Assembly: GCF_009914755.1 (NCBI RefSeq)
Contig: NC_060944.1
Source of the DNA: the human T2T-CHM13v2.0 reference genome, Homo sapiens
DNA: 64,000 nt
Strand: one strand, 5' to 3'
Positions 12,141 to 25,884 of the stretch are shown here, in pieces. The first letter of the stretch is position 1, and every line of letters starts with the position of its first letter. Below the pieces are notes generated by a model. It was not told where the DNA came from, did no database searches, and saw nothing but the letters and a program-made list of their open reading frames with translations. A program made the translations under genes and the position numbers.

Positions 12141-13728
12141 GTGCCTGCTATGTGTCAGGCACGGTTCTAACAAAAAAAAGTGCCCTGACGGAGGGAGGTG
12201 ACATTCTAGTTGGGGGTGGAGGGTGGGGTAAGGAGAGACAGACAGCAAATAAACAGAAAGCAAAATATATTGAATGTCAGATAATGATCAGTGTCATGAA
12301 GAAAAAAATAATGCACTAGTGAGGATTAACAAGCAAAAGATGCAGCTAAAAACACTCTCTTCCTCCCTCCCCACCCACCTCATCTTCCTCTGTCCCGTTA
12401 CCATGCAAAGCCTGCATTCTTGGTTCACCTTTGCTGCACTGGTCTTCTTTGGGTAATGGAACCCTGCGTGTACATCCTCCATCCCTAGAGGAGTGCTGAA
12501 CTCAGCTACTCAGGGGAGCATGCTTATCTGGCATCCATTTCCAAAAAACACTTTCTCTATAAATAACATGGGCAATTAAATTGTTTAGAGCACCAAGGGT
12601 TTGCAGAGAACAAACATCATGTTGTTCACATTTGAGCTGGAAGGATTACTAAATGATTCCTGTTTTTCACTCTGATTGTTAAAACCTTGATAAGTCAGCT
12701 TATTTTTATTAACAGAATCACTGGGTTCCTCCTGATACGTGATGTTCAACTGAATTAACTGAGATTGGAGGCAAAGATTGGATGCAAGGAGTAACTGGGC
12801 TCACAACAAGTTTCTATTAACAGGCTAATTAAAGCAGGTTTTGATGGTTTTAGGAAATGTGGCCTCATCTGGGCGTGCAAACAAGGGCTCTGGGTCTGGA
12901 AGAACTAATAATAGCTGTTTGGCAACACTTTGCAGCAGAGCCTTGACACACTAGGTTGCTGGTAGCTTGCATTGTTCATCCCTCAGGAAAATATTTTTGT
13001 TTTGAAACTTACTAAACTGTTTTTGGTCTGTGGGGTGATGTTAATAGAAACAGGTTCTTTTCCTCCCTCTTAATCTTTTAAAGTTTGCCAAAATAATGGA
13101 AAATCCTGGGATACCAAACAACAAAACATTATCACTACCCTCCTGCCAATGGTTATAAAAAGACCATCCCCTAAGTTCTGTTCTCCTGATTGGAATGCTT
13201 GTCTGGAATAAGGTTATGACCTGAATATGCCTTCAACAGGCCGACTCATAATCAGGCTTTATATAAATTCTTAGGGATGTTAAGAAAAAGTATTTAAAAT
13301 ATGGAAATAAGGCCCCAAAGTGGGTGGCGCAATGTTTTATTACAATACTGGGGCCATATTTACTAAGGCCACATAAGGATTATTTAATTATCTAGGGAAA
13401 TGCACCTGTGTTTGACCTGCCAGTTACTATTATTTGAGGCTATACACTGAGATCACATGATATTTTAGAGAACTTGTCTAGGAGAAATGCATATCATTTC
13501 TGTCCTGTAGGAAAATAATGCTAAAGATTACAGTTTTATTGCCCTGCAGGACATTAACCAACCAGTGTTACCTGTAAGTCAGCAAACACTTCAAGATGTC
13601 TTTTCTGGTAGACTAAAACCTGTTCTGTTTCTTTCTGAATCAACTTTATCATCTTATTTCTTCACTGATGAGCTGAGTGAAATATCTGACTTGGGTTCAT
13701 TCTATATTTGTATGAGTCTTTTTTAACT

Positions 13729-14414
13729 TGTTGAAAACTGTACATTGACAGGAATGACAAATAACAAAAGTGGTGGCATATGACAGGCAGCAGCAATGTT
13801 CAACTTTACCTAAGCCTGAGACCTTGGAAAACACGGACACGTAAGAAAACCCCCACCCTCCTGTTCCTGGAAATGGCTTACTGCCGAAGCCTACCCTTCC
13901 CCATGTGGCTCGGATAAGACGCATGGATGCCTCCTCGTTTACCCGTAACACACAGTCACAGACTCACCACCATTTCCATTCTTTGCCTCATAAATGATTA
14001 GCTGAATTGCCTGCCACAGTGACCAATCTGGACAAGATATCTTCTCATTTGAATTAACCAAACTTTGGTTAAGTTTCTCTCCTTCCCCCAGACGCACCCT
14101 CAGCCTAAGCCAGCATCAGAATGTGGACGGCCCCTCCTTGATGTTCCCTCCCGACATGAAGAGAACTGGCTGTCAGTTTCCTCATCAATTGTCCTTCTAG
14201 ACCACCTGCGGGTCCCACTTCCCCACACCAATTCTTTCCAGCCTTGCTTTACTCTTCCCTTTCAAAGAAAACTCTTTTCTCCCTGCCTGATTTGGGAGAC
14301 ACTTGCAGATCCTGTCGTCTGTGCCTTTCCCATATTGAAATGGTCTTTCGGCGCAGCAGTGATCTTTTCCAGTAAAGTCTCTATAGCTAAGTCCTGATTT
14401 GTTCTTATTTGACC
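13729..14414 (+). mobile_element. ERV1 solo LTR, MER31/MER67-like
   Basis: ccattctttgcctcataaatgattagctgaa, ttaaccaaactttggttaa, gagacacttgcagatcc and agtaaagtctct..ttcttatttgac blocks. Confidence 0.55.
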
Positions 14415-14579
14415 CTATTCTGACACTGCAAAGAGAAAGGACCCAACCCAGTGCTTTCACGGCAACCTGCTTTTCCTCTCCTCCCTGCCCCTCCTAGGAA
14501 TCCAGACCCGGGACTACTTGATACTCAAGCTACTAGCCATGTGCCTGATAAGTGTCCTAAGTGGTTTTCTATAGAGTCT

Positions 14580-14743
14580 TTTTCCCCAAAATGTGGTTCA
14601 GGGAGCAAAACATCAAGGACACACGTCAGTTAGTTAGAATTCAGAATCTCACGCTCCACCCCAGACTCCCAGAATCAGAATCTGCATTTTAACAAGACCT
14701 CAGGGCGAAGCATGTGTACATGCAGGCGTGAGAAGCACTGCTG
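14580..14743. mobile_element. MER5A-type hAT-Charlie DNA transposon
   Basis: ccaccccagactcccagaatcagaatctgcattttaacaaga...tgagaagcactgct. Confidence 0.75.
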
Positions 14744-15589
14744 CAGGGCACACTGGCACAGGCCGCCCTAAATCCTTGCTCTCCCGGGGCTCTGTATCCA
14801 AGAGCAGTTTGTCTCAAATGGAAGGCCTTTCCAGCACAGCTGGTGCCTGCCAGGTGCTGTTCTCTGGGCTCCTGGGTGCTTACAGAGGCAGAGCTAAGTC
14901 TGAATACAAACATCGCATAAACCTCCTTTTATATGCTAATAAACCTCCTAGATTAAACAGCAAGCCTTTTGCAGGCACAATTCTCATTTTCTTTTTATGA
15001 AAGATGGTCACTAGGTCATTCTTAGACAACTTTACTTATTCTCTGCAACTTCCTTGCCTCCTTGCAGGAGAAACTTGGATTTCCAAAGCATTCAAAATGC
15101 ATGGCCCAGCTGCTCCTCATATTGAAGTTGCGACCATGGGATTTGGCAACATTGAGCTCCGGCTCTGGGCATTGCTCTCACAGCTGAGAGTGACGCCCAG
15201 GCTCTGGCAGCCCAGACTTGTCATCCTGTAAATGAACAATCCCCAGTCCCCGGGCCTCATTTTATTCACTTGGCTGAGCTGCCTGTTTGCTTTCCGTTCT
15301 GTGCTCGCCAGCTCACTAAGCAAGAGGATCCGTGCCTGACTGCGTGGAGAAGCTGTAGAGGAAATGGCCACCCTGACTGTCCCAGCACCTCCCGGGGTGG
15401 CCCGGGGCCTGGGCCCTGAGCAGAACTGTGATAAAGGGAAGCAGGGAAGCAGTGCGAGAGCCCTGACCAGGTGCAGGAGCCTGATTCCGAATCCACCTCT
15501 GCCATGGGCAGATTGCATGATGCCATCAGAGCCCTCTAACCTCTGGCCTTCAGTTGTCACACCTGTAAAATGGGGAAATATTCTAAAGA

Positions 15590-15772
15590 AGTGGCTCAAA
15601 ACCTGATCATCCATCAGCCTCCCCCCAAGAACATGGGGACAGTGCACATGGCAAGGCCCCATGCCCAGAGTTTCTGATTCCACAGTTTGGGATGAAGCCT
15701 AAGAATGCGCATTTCCAACAAGGCTTCTGGTGAGGCTGATGGCCCAGGGACCTCACTTTGGGAAGCTCTGTA
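15590..15772. mobile_element. MER5-type DNA transposon
   Basis: ggccccatgcccagagtttctgattc..gcatttccaacaagg..ggacctcactttgggaag. Confidence 0.65.
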
Positions 15773-16097
15773 GTAAATCCAGTTTCTCAGCCAGTCTGCT
15801 CTGTAGAGCTCCTGAGACAGACTCTTTCCCTAGGCCTCCCCTGAGGTTCTTACTTAAGCAAGTCTCCATTTTTCAAAAGCTCTGCCAGGTAACTCTATAT
15901 GGCACTAGGGCTGAGAGGCACTGGGTGGATGTTTCTAAGATCCCACGTAGCTCTCACATGCCAGGATGCCATGATTTTGAAGCAGAGTGCCTCCTGCCTT
16001 GCCAAGGCTGACAGCACACACAGGGCAAAAGGCCATCGTCACATATTGGAATTTCACTCTTTGAAAACCTGGTAATCGTGTGTCCCATTTCAGCTCG

Positions 16098-16285
16098 AGC
16101 AGAGGTTCTCCAGAATGAGATCCTGCCCAGAAGCACCCATATCCCCTTGGAACTTGGCAGAAATGCAAGCTCTCAACCCCATTCCAGGTCCCCTGAACCA
16201 GAAACTCTGGGTTGAGAATGCAAGTATCTATGTCCTAAACACACTTGTGATGCTTCTAATTCAGCTAGTGTTGGAGAACCACTGA
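16098..16285. mobile_element. MER5A-type DNA transposon
   Basis: ggaacttggcagaaatgcaagctctc..ccagaaactctggg..ttggagaaccactg. Confidence 0.65.
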
Positions 16286-18233
16286 CTTAAAGGAAGAGCT
16301 GTTTTTCTCTGTCCCAAATGCTCTGCTAGGAACACTCAGTGTGAACTCTGATCCCCAATGACAGCTGCCCTGGACTCCCTTCCTCAGACAGTGTGAAAGC
16401 CTGAAACGTGTTTAATTAATCACCTTAGAACCCAGCAGGAAAAAGGCTTCCAAAACCCACTGTCCTCAGAATTGCCCCTGTAGGGACCAAAGGACTCCAA
16501 CTCGTCTGACCTGAAGCCCCATTGCATGGATGAAGAGGAGGCTGCTAGGTGGGGGCCGCTGAGGACTGAGAGGCCTTGGGCAGTTTCTTGTCTCCCTGGT
16601 GCATTAAGCCAAAGCTATCCACAGGGGTCAGAAGTTGTTGCCTGGAGAAGGTTTCACCATCAGTTCGATGTTATCTATTAACAAAAACAAAAACAACCCT
16701 ACCCATGGCCGAGAGTTCTAACAGGTGGCTCCCCATGTCCAGGCCACATACTAGATCCATGCGAGCAGGGGCATGTGTACTTCGTAAGGCTCCCCAGGGG
16801 TCTCCAGGATGAGGCCAAGGTGGGGACAAGGACTCCTGTGCCCCACCAGCAGCCCTGGGTTAAAATTCTCACTATATGACCTTGGAAGTTGACCTGATCT
16901 CACTAAGCCTCAATGTCCTTTTCTGTCCCCACCCCCACCACCAGCATGGGGACAGGTGTCCTGCTGTTCTACTTAGCATCAAGTGTCCGGCTCTGAATGA
17001 TGCTGGACACATTGTAGGTGTTCAATTTGTTGACTAACTAGGTGGTTTGAGGCAACAATCATATGTACCCCATGGGTATTTGAGAGAACTAAATGAGAAA
17101 AGGCAGGAAAATTGCATAGCATGCTGCCTGGCAAACTGGTGGTGCTTATTTATGTTTGCTATTGTTATTAGTCTGCATTTTTATATGTAAGATTTTCTCA
17201 TGTTGATTCTCATATAGAGGAGGTCAATGATACACTAAGCTTATATCCCCTTGATAAAATTCTGAAAATCTCATTCAAAGAAAAATGCATCCAGATTTAT
17301 GCTTCCACAAAAAATAACAGGAAACAGCTTTCAGCCAGGCAGTGACCCAGTGGAAGAGGCAGAAGGAATGGACCCCTTGACCTACATGCCTTGGCCCTGG
17401 CAAGGGAAACCCTGACTGTGGCCCTCAGGTCCAGCTCTCATGCCCACTGCCCTGCACTGCACACGCTGGCTGAAATGTGTCTGAGTCTTATCCACACATG
17501 GAAACAGTTCCCCTGGGGTCACTGGCTATCTTCCAGGGCTTAGGGCTTCCAAGGGTTACTATGCCAGTGGGATTTTTCCACAAAAAAGGGAATTCCAACC
17601 TGATGGATAGTTTTAGAAAATCTGCCACAGTGTCTTGGTGTCACCTGCTCATTCACAATGATGCAGCTGATGGATGCATTTCTACAATGACACATCCCTA
17701 CCCTCTGTATGACCCTAGGTTCCTGTCATGCCATGAAGTGCATGACTATCTCTCCTGGGAGGGTCTACCCCCAAGGGACAAACATGAAGAGGAAGTTGAC
17801 CACAGCAGACCTCCTTAAAGGTAGATTTTTCCAGGGCCCAGTGCCCCCAGAGCTATAGAGTATTGCTGATCTTCACTTGGGTTGGACAGTGATTTTTTAA
17901 AATATCTGGATAAATAAGTTTCTTATTTGGCCCCAGGAAGTTGGTTACTCTAAGTATATGCAAGGGTTGAGTTAAAATGGGGTGGGGGCCAAGGAAGGGG
18001 ACAAAAGGACCTGCTCATCTCATCTCTATTCAGAAGTGGCTCTCCCAGTCCTCCACCAGGCTCAACTCAACTTGTAGGAAGAAAACAGGTTTCTGGCACC
18101 AGAAGGATCTGCATTCTATTGTCACCGCTACCATAATGACGTAGCTGTGTGACATTGGACAAGTTAATGAGCTGCCCTAACCATAGTGTTCTCACCTATG
18201 GGAGAACCATAATGGTTCATAATTCATAGAATA

Positions 18234-20233
18234 TGTACAGACTGAGTGTTCATGTCACAGTGAAATTCACATGCTGAAACTTAATCTCCAATGTGATGGC
18301 ATCAGGAGGTGGAACTTTTGGGAGGTGATTAAGTCATGAAGGCAGAGCCCTCATATACGGAATTAGTGTCCTTATAAAAGAGAACTCAGGGAGCTCTCAT
18401 TCTCTTTTTCCGCAATGTGAGGGGATAGCAAGAAGACAGCCATCTGCAAACTAGGAAGCAGACCTCACCAGTGATTCTGCCAGTGCTTTGATCTTGAACT
18501 CCCTAGCCTCCCAAACTATGAGAAAAAAAAAAATCTTGTTTAAGCCACCCAGTCTATGGTAGATTGTTACAGAATCCTAAACTATGACAGGAATTAGTAT
18601 CAAGAAGTGGGAATGGTGCTGTAAAAAACACCGAAAATATAGAAGCAGGTTTGGAAGTGGGTAGCAGAGTCTGGAAGAGCTTTGAGGTACACGCTAGAAG
18701 CCAAGGTTTAAGGAAGTGAAGGGTGTTTTAAAGGAGATTCTGGTAATAGTTCAGAAAGAAAAGAAGAGAGCTGCAGGAAAAGCTTCAATCTCCTTAGAAA
18801 ACACCTGAATAATTCTGAACAGAATGTTGATATAAATATGGGTGATAAAGGCCATTCTGATGAAGTCTCTGCCAGAAATGGGGAGCATGTTTTTGGAAAC
18901 TAGAGGAAAGGCATTCTTGTTACAAAGTGGCAAAGAACTTGGCTAAACCATGTTCATGTTATAGTGTTTTGCGGAAGGTAGAATTTGTGAATGATGAAAT
19001 TGGATATTTAGGGGAGGACATTTCTAAACAAAGTGTTGAAGGAGTGGCTTGGTTCCTCCTAACAGCTTATGGCAAATGCAAGAAGGAAGAAATAACTTGA
19101 AGACAGAATTATAAGCAAAAAAGGAATTAGAACTTAAAGTTTTGGAAAATGCTCAGCCTTTTCATATGGAAAAAAAATGAGAAAGTATATTTGGAAGAGA
19201 CCACTAAGTCTGTGGCCAAATGACACTTTGATAAAGAGATTAGCACGGCTGTGAACCACAAAGTTAATCAGGTAACCCAGCAGGAAAACTGCATGTGAGC
19301 AAGAATATGGGAAGGAGTGAGGGAAGATTACCTGACTTCCTGAATTTTATAGAACAGGACCGGAGAGCTATTTAAAAGTGCTCTGTTCTTCAAGACAAGG
19401 GAAGAATGGCCCTAAAGAAGATTCAGAGAATCACTGGGGCTGCATTTTCAGTTTCAAGCAGGGGGGTGAGCTTGATCCCTGCTAGTAGGGGTCTAGAAGG
19501 CAAAGTACCAAGCTAGAGAGATCATTCTCTAGCCTTAAGATCTCATGAGATTTGCAATGCTAGGTTTTGGACTTTTTTGGAGCCTGTCACCCTTTTCTTC
19601 TTTTTTTTATTTTCTCCTTTTGAAGTGGGAATGTCTATCCTATACTTTTCCCATCATTATAACTTGCTGAGTTTGACAGATTCACAACTGGAGAGAAATT
19701 TTGCCTCAAAATAAACCATACCTTGTGTCTCACCCATATCTGATTTAGATGATATTTAGATGAGACTTCAGAGTGGATGCTGGAATGAGTGAAGATTTTG
19801 GGGGCTGCTGGGATGGAATGAATGTATTTTGTATGCAAGAATATAAATTGGGCAGGGGGGCCAGGGCTGGAATGTTATGGACTGAATGTTTGTGTCTCTC
19901 CAAATTCATGTGTTGAAATACTGACCCTCAATGTGATGGATTAGGAATGTAGACTTTGGGAAGTAATTAGTTCACGAGGGTAGAGCTCTTGAGAATGGGA
20001 TTACTGCTTTTCCAAAAGAGACCCCAGAGAACTCTCCTGTCCTTTCATCATGGTGAGGACACAGCAAGAGGAAGCCTATCTGGGGGCTAGGAGGTGGATC
20101 CTCCCCAGACACTGAAAGAGCCAGCACCTTGATCTTAGACTTCCAAGTTCCAGAACTGTGAGAAATAAATATCTGTTGTTTAAGCCACACCGTCAATGAT
20201 AATTTGTTATAGCAGCCCAAGCTGACTAAGACA
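18234..20233 (+). mobile_element. Near-complete MaLR provirus: MLT1A-type LTR (18234-18589), internal region, LTR (19872-20233)
   Basis: Two similar LTRs, both ending ttgtttaagcca..ttgtta..gaca. Internal MaLR-int sequence and a purine-rich tract gggggccagggctggaa before the 3' LTR. Inserted in a MIR. Confidence 0.85.
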
Positions 20234-20267
20234 GCATGTTAGTGAGGTTTGAATGATGCATGTGTCT

Positions 20268-20331
20268 GATTAATAGAAGCAATTACAAGTATTAATAAAG
20301 ATTAATAGAAACAATTACAAGTATTAATAAG
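20268..20331 (+). repeat. 32-bp tandem duplication
   Basis: gattaatagaaRcaattacaagtattaataaR twice. Confidence 0.9.
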
Positions 20332-20596
20332 GTGCCGAGCTGGGAGAGGGAAGGGGAATGCAGGGCCACTACCTCAGAGCTTTGAAGGAGCAGGAGTTCT
20401 TGGCAACAGAGACAATGACAAGCCAGGAAGGAGGACATACCTGAATCAGTACAAGGGAATCTATCCCTACTGCCCCTGCCTAGACCACTGCAGACCTCTC
20501 CTCCACCCTCAGGGCTACTTCATTCACTTCTCAGTGGTCTTTCTGCTTCCTGTCTTCCCTCTTACAGTCTATGCCTCTATCTCTCCATTATCCAGA

Positions 20597-20651
20597 ATGA
20601 GCACAAGTTAAATAATACTGTTTTATGAGCACAAGTTAAATAATACTATTC
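20597..20651 (+). repeat. 28-bp tandem duplication
   Basis: atgagcacaagttaaataatactRtt at 20597 and 20625. Confidence 0.9.
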
Positions 20652-22499
20652 CTTCCACTTAAAACCCTCCAATGCATTCTTCTTCTTGGATTAGACTCTT
20701 CTCCATGGCCTCCAAAGCTGCAGATGTGATCTGACCCATGCCGCCCTCCCCTCCTTCCTCTCCTCCACTCCCTTCCGTGTCATTCAACTCACTGAGCTTG
20801 TTCTGGCCCTGGTCCTTGCACTGGCTCTCAGAAAATGACTCTCAATATTTTCACACAGTGCACTCCTTGCCTCTCCAAGAGCCTCCTCTTTAGAAAAGGC
20901 CTAGAAAGGAGAGGGAGCCTGAGCATATGGCCCACGCTCCCTCTCTTTCCTCCACATCATCTCCCTCTGTGCCAGCACTACACGTGCACTCAAGCCTCAT
21001 GGAGGCTGCGATTGGACAGGAGTGTTCCCTCCCTGAGGCAAAGTGGGATCTGGGGCAAGAGCCTGGGGCAGGCAAGGGGGTCTCTGATGTACCCCCACAC
21101 CAGGACTTCACATCTGAGCACCCAACACTGACTCTCCTTGACTCCGGCTGAGACTCAAAGCACTTAGCCTTTCCTGGGACCCAGCCCTGTGCTCAGAGTT
21201 ATAAAGTGATTGAAGCTCAGGTGTCAGCAGGTGGGTCATTGGTGGTTGATTATCCCTTCCAGACAACATTGGAGTTTCCTGAGGGTCTTGAAGATTCTGG
21301 TTCAAAAGTGTATCTTAGAGTGTGTAGTTCAGGAATTTTCCCATTCTCTGATGTTGGGAATCTTGTACAGAGGGTTTCAGTGATTCTTATCATAGTTTCA
21401 CAAATGATCCTTACTCTATGGCTATCAGAGATCACAAAACTGACCAGAGACAAATCCACAGCTTAAGACCCAGCTCTGAGCTCACAGCCTGGGTCCAGGC
21501 TCTCTCTTTGCCCTGCTACTTGCCCTAAAAGTTGCTTAAGACTCTCTCTCCCCTTCAATCATGTGACCTGTAAGAGCCAGACACTGATGCCTGGTGCTTT
21601 TAATTACAGAGTGAGGAAATAACAAGCTTTGCTACAAAGATTGCTAAGTTGATAGGAGATAATGATCATTGCCATTGACATCTCACAAGAAGTTCAGACA
21701 TCAAAGCAGCACCCACCCTAGGAACTGGGTTTTCATCTTATCCTTCCTCTTTGTGTCTTTATTTACTTATTGGCCTAGGACATTCCACAAGGACTGGAAT
21801 AATGACATTTGTGCTGAGAGGATGATATCAGTTTGAAATTCGTGCTGTCAGGATAAATAGAAAACCCTTCACTATTTGATTATCTAGCAAGAAATTAATG
21901 GCTATCCATAAAATGTCTAATAAAATGATCTGTTTATTCTAGAAGCTGTAGGAACTCTGTTTGCTTTCCTCACCCTTACGCTTGTTCTTCTCAGTGCAAT
22001 ATGACTAATTGGTTTAACACAGACATCAAATTACCAGCCTGGCTCCTTCCACACCAGGAGAGCCCTGCAGAACCAAAGCAGTGCACACGCCCCTGGGGAA
22101 CAAATGCCTGGGGCAGGATGCTGGGGAGCCGAATTGTTTGCTATGTGTTGCATTGATAGTTTTATTCCAGTTAGTGACCTGCAGTCCATCACAGGCTGCT
22201 TTGAAAACCCAAGATAGGGCGCATGGTAAGGGCTTTCTGTTAGGGTGGAGACACCACCCACCATCTTTTTGTTCCTAAGAACTGTGATCAGACCCAGAGT
22301 ACAATCACGGTAGTAACATGAGCCAGTTTATGGAGGGAACAGAAATGGGATCCAAGAGCTTCCAGCTGACTTCAGAGCCCAAAGCCCTTCCCGTACACCC
22401 ACTTCATACCTTCATTCCTTTCCTGGCTCCAGTGGAGTTTTTTAAATGCCCAACTTTGAAAAGTTCTTTTTAATTGAGTATGTATATGTTCTGAATTAT

Positions 22500-22750
22500 A
22501 GTCAGAAATTTTCAGTCAATATATATAAGATATCATATATGTATATATTATACATATATGTGTACATATATTGTGTATATATACGATTTCAACATGTAAA
22601 TTATTGAGAGGTTTTACATTCTTATATTGTATGTTAAGGCTTCAAGATCCAGTGTGTATCACACACAGCATGTCTCAATACTTACTGGCTACGATCCAAG
22701 TGTTTAATAGCCATCTATGGCTAGTGGCTACTATACTGACCAGCACAGTT
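22500..22750. mobile_element. MER33/MER3-type hAT-Charlie DNA transposon with a (TA)-rich stretch
   Basis: caagtgtttaatagccatctatggctagtggctactatactgaccagcacag terminal motif. Confidence 0.7.
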
Positions 22751-23787
22751 ATAGATAATAGAAAAGTAAACAACATTTTCAATATTAAAAAGGTTTGAAA
22801 TAAAAACTATAGTTATCAAAGCTTATAGCAAATTTGAGATCAATCACTTATGAACGTAGATGCAAAAAAAAAACTAAACAAAATATTGGCAAACTGAATT
22901 CAGTCAATATGCATAAAAACATAAAAGACCATGTCAAAATTATTATATTCCAGGAATTCATGGATGGTTTAACATTAGAAAAATACATATACACACATAT
23001 ATATGTACTAAAGACTATGAAGGAAGAAAAGAACAGTAATTATTAATGATTTTATCTCAGAATGGTGTGATATAGGGTAATTTTTACTTTATTTTTTGTA
23101 TTGCTTATTTTTTACATACTATAAAACAATTTTCACAATAGGGGAATAAAAGGGCAATCACAAAATTCAAAATTAAAAACAAGAATAAAAATAATAGAAA
23201 TAGAGAAAAAATAATTTTGAGAGAATATTTTGTTTAACTGAATGCAAATAAAATAAAATGGATGTTATTCTAGAAATATATACAGTATTTTTATTTTTAT
23301 TTTTCTTTATCTAGAAAATACAACCCTGACCTCAGAGGAAATAAAACATCTAAACAGAGAAGTTACGTGAAACAACTGGGAATGTTACTAAAGGTCTGAA
23401 CCCTCACCACTAAAGTCCAGATGATTCCTGTGAAATCTGATAAAACCTTCAGTTCAAGTAACAGGTAATTCCAATGCCATTTTAAGTATTCTAGGTCAGT
23501 AAAACAGACAAAGCTTCATATTTATTTTTATTCAGCAAATAAGATACTCTATTCCAAGAAAGCATACACAAAACAATAAACTTATCTTCTTTATAATTAT
23601 TGGTAGAAACATCATAAGTAAAATAGTAGCAAATACAAACCAGGAATACATTCAAGAAGCAATAGCCCATCAAGGAGGGTCTATCCTGGAGATGCAAGCA
23701 CGGCCATACTAGGAAATCAATCCCAATTCACATGACTTTCTCTGAAGGCATCTTATAAACCCCACAGGAAAAATGTTCTGAGCACTC

Positions 23788-24199
23788 GTGATAAGCAGAA
23801 TAGTGACCTCCCCAAAAAGGACTACACCTTAATCCCCAGAACCTGTAAATATGTTAGTTTACATGAAAGTGGGGAATTTAGGTGGCAGAGGGAACTAAGT
23901 TGGCTAAACAACTGACCATAACATAGGCAGATGTATCTGTTATCCAGGTGGGGCTGCAGATGGCAGGAGGGGACCACTGGATGGCCCAACTGAAGCGGCC
24001 TCTGGGCACTGGGGGAGGCAAGGAGGCAGTGTCTCCCGGAGCCCCAGCAAGGAACACAGTCCTCCCAGCACCTCGACTTCAGCCCAGTGATTCTTAGGCC
24101 AGACTTCCGAACCACAGAATTGGAAGATCATATATTTCTGTTTTTTTAAGCCACTATATTAGTGGTAATTTGTAACAGCAGCAATGGAAAACCATCACA
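23788..24199 (+). mobile_element. MaLR solo LTR, MLT1D-like
   Basis: cagaatagtgacctcccc..aatccccagaacctgtaaatatgttag..ttttaagccact..gtaatttgtaacagcagcaatggaaa. Confidence 0.8.
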
Positions 24200-24859
24200 G
24201 TACTTAAACAGCCCCTTTAAATCTAATAAACCAAAGTTAGAACTGTAGAGAATCAATGTTCTCTTAGGCATTACAATGCTGATTTATAAACTTCATAACA
24301 TTGCTATATACTTATCAACTTAAACTCACAAGTCTAAAACCAATTTCACATTTCAAATTTAAACCACATTACATGTCAAGTATGCCACAAGTATTTCAAC
24401 TCAAGACTTTAAAAAAACAAACACATGAGTTATCCCAGCACTTATGAACATTTTTTAAGTTTAGCTTGAGTGTGCTTGTGATGTGTTGGATGCACCCGTG
24501 AGTCCATCTGAGAGGCCTGGACTGCGTGGATCCCTCCAGTGCACAGGACTACACCCCCACTCACTGGCTCGGCCTGCATTCTGTGTTCTCATCTACACTG
24601 AAAGCTCTTAAAGGGCAGGATTTCTGAATTTCTCCCTCCCATCCCTTCCTACCCTGCACGGCACCTGAAAGCAGTTCGGGCTTCATGACTGTTTGCAGGT
24701 TGATCAGTCATTTATAGGATGATCAGTTATCTCCATTACTAGTGTAGTTATTTACAATTACTAGATCGTTCTCTAATTGCTAGTATAGTAATTACTGAAC
24801 TACATAAAATATACTATATTACTATACTATGTAAAATTCTAGTATGCCCAGGCTCTGCC

Positions 24860-25330
24860 CTCACCTGTTTCTGGGGAAGAGGGCCCTGCCCCAGCTCCAG
24901 GCCTGGTTCTCCTAAGCCCAGGCCCTCCTTGAGGATCCCACCTCCTCTTGCCACTGATTGACTCATGAGTCCGGGCTTTGGCCAATCAGTGCTTGGCTTT
25001 CCCCCATGCTATTGATGTAAGTAGCCATGACATAAACTGGCCCAATCCAGCTGGAAGGAGAGCCTGTTATTCCATGACTGGGAGAAAAAGCCTCTCTCCT
25101 AGGGGCTATGAAAAAGGAAACATTGTATCCCATTTATGGCTGGTGGTCGAAGGGGAGCTGGTCTGAGGGCGAAACCAGCAGAGGAGGAAGAGATAACAAA
25201 GAACAGAAATTTGAGGGCAAACCCCAACCACAGGTACTGGGGCCACCTGAGCCCTGGACTCCTCTGGAGTGAGGCCACAGCCTGCAAGAAGAAAAGGTCA
25301 AGATAGTTATTTTCTATTTGAAAACAGAGG
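24860..25330. mobile_element. ERVL LTR16-like remnant
   Basis: ggccctgccccagctccagg and ttggccaatcagtgcttggctttcccc blocks. Confidence 0.4.
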
Positions 25331-25576
25331 TTTAAAGAGCATATATGACTCCATGAAAGACCCTTTCTTCGTGACATCAAAGAGGCGTCCACCCAGGTCT
25401 AGGACAGGGGTCTCAGAACCCAGCCTCCTCCTGGGCTCTCCTCACAACACACTGCTCCAAAAGTTTGGTTGGAGGGGGATGCTGGTATATTTTAAATCGT
25501 GTCCTCTTAAATAGCCAGCACCCTGACACAGTGGGAGGGAATGACAGGATCTTTTTACTAGAGAAAATTTCAAATA

Positions 25577-25735
25577 CAGTTGGCCCTTTGTGCAGGGGTT
25601 GGGGGTAATTAATTCCAGGACCCCCAAGGATACCAAAATTCTCGGAAGCTCAGGTCCCTGATATAAATTGACATCATATTTGCACATAACCTATGCACAT
25701 CTTCTCGTACACTTTAAATAATCTCTCGGTTACTC
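25577..25735. mobile_element. MER2 (Tigger-derived) fragment
   Basis: ttccaggacccccaaggataccaaaat..gtccctgatataaa..gcacataacctatgcacatc. Confidence 0.75.
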
Positions 25736-25884
25736 CTTTTTTTTGGCATAACTGTTCATGTATTCCTTTACCCTAGATACACTGTTCTTACCTTTTTGCT
25801 CCTATTGTTTAATAAAAAATGAAGTCAGTAAGTTCAGAGGACACAAATAGATAGCACATGATCATGTCTCTACAAATATAGTTA

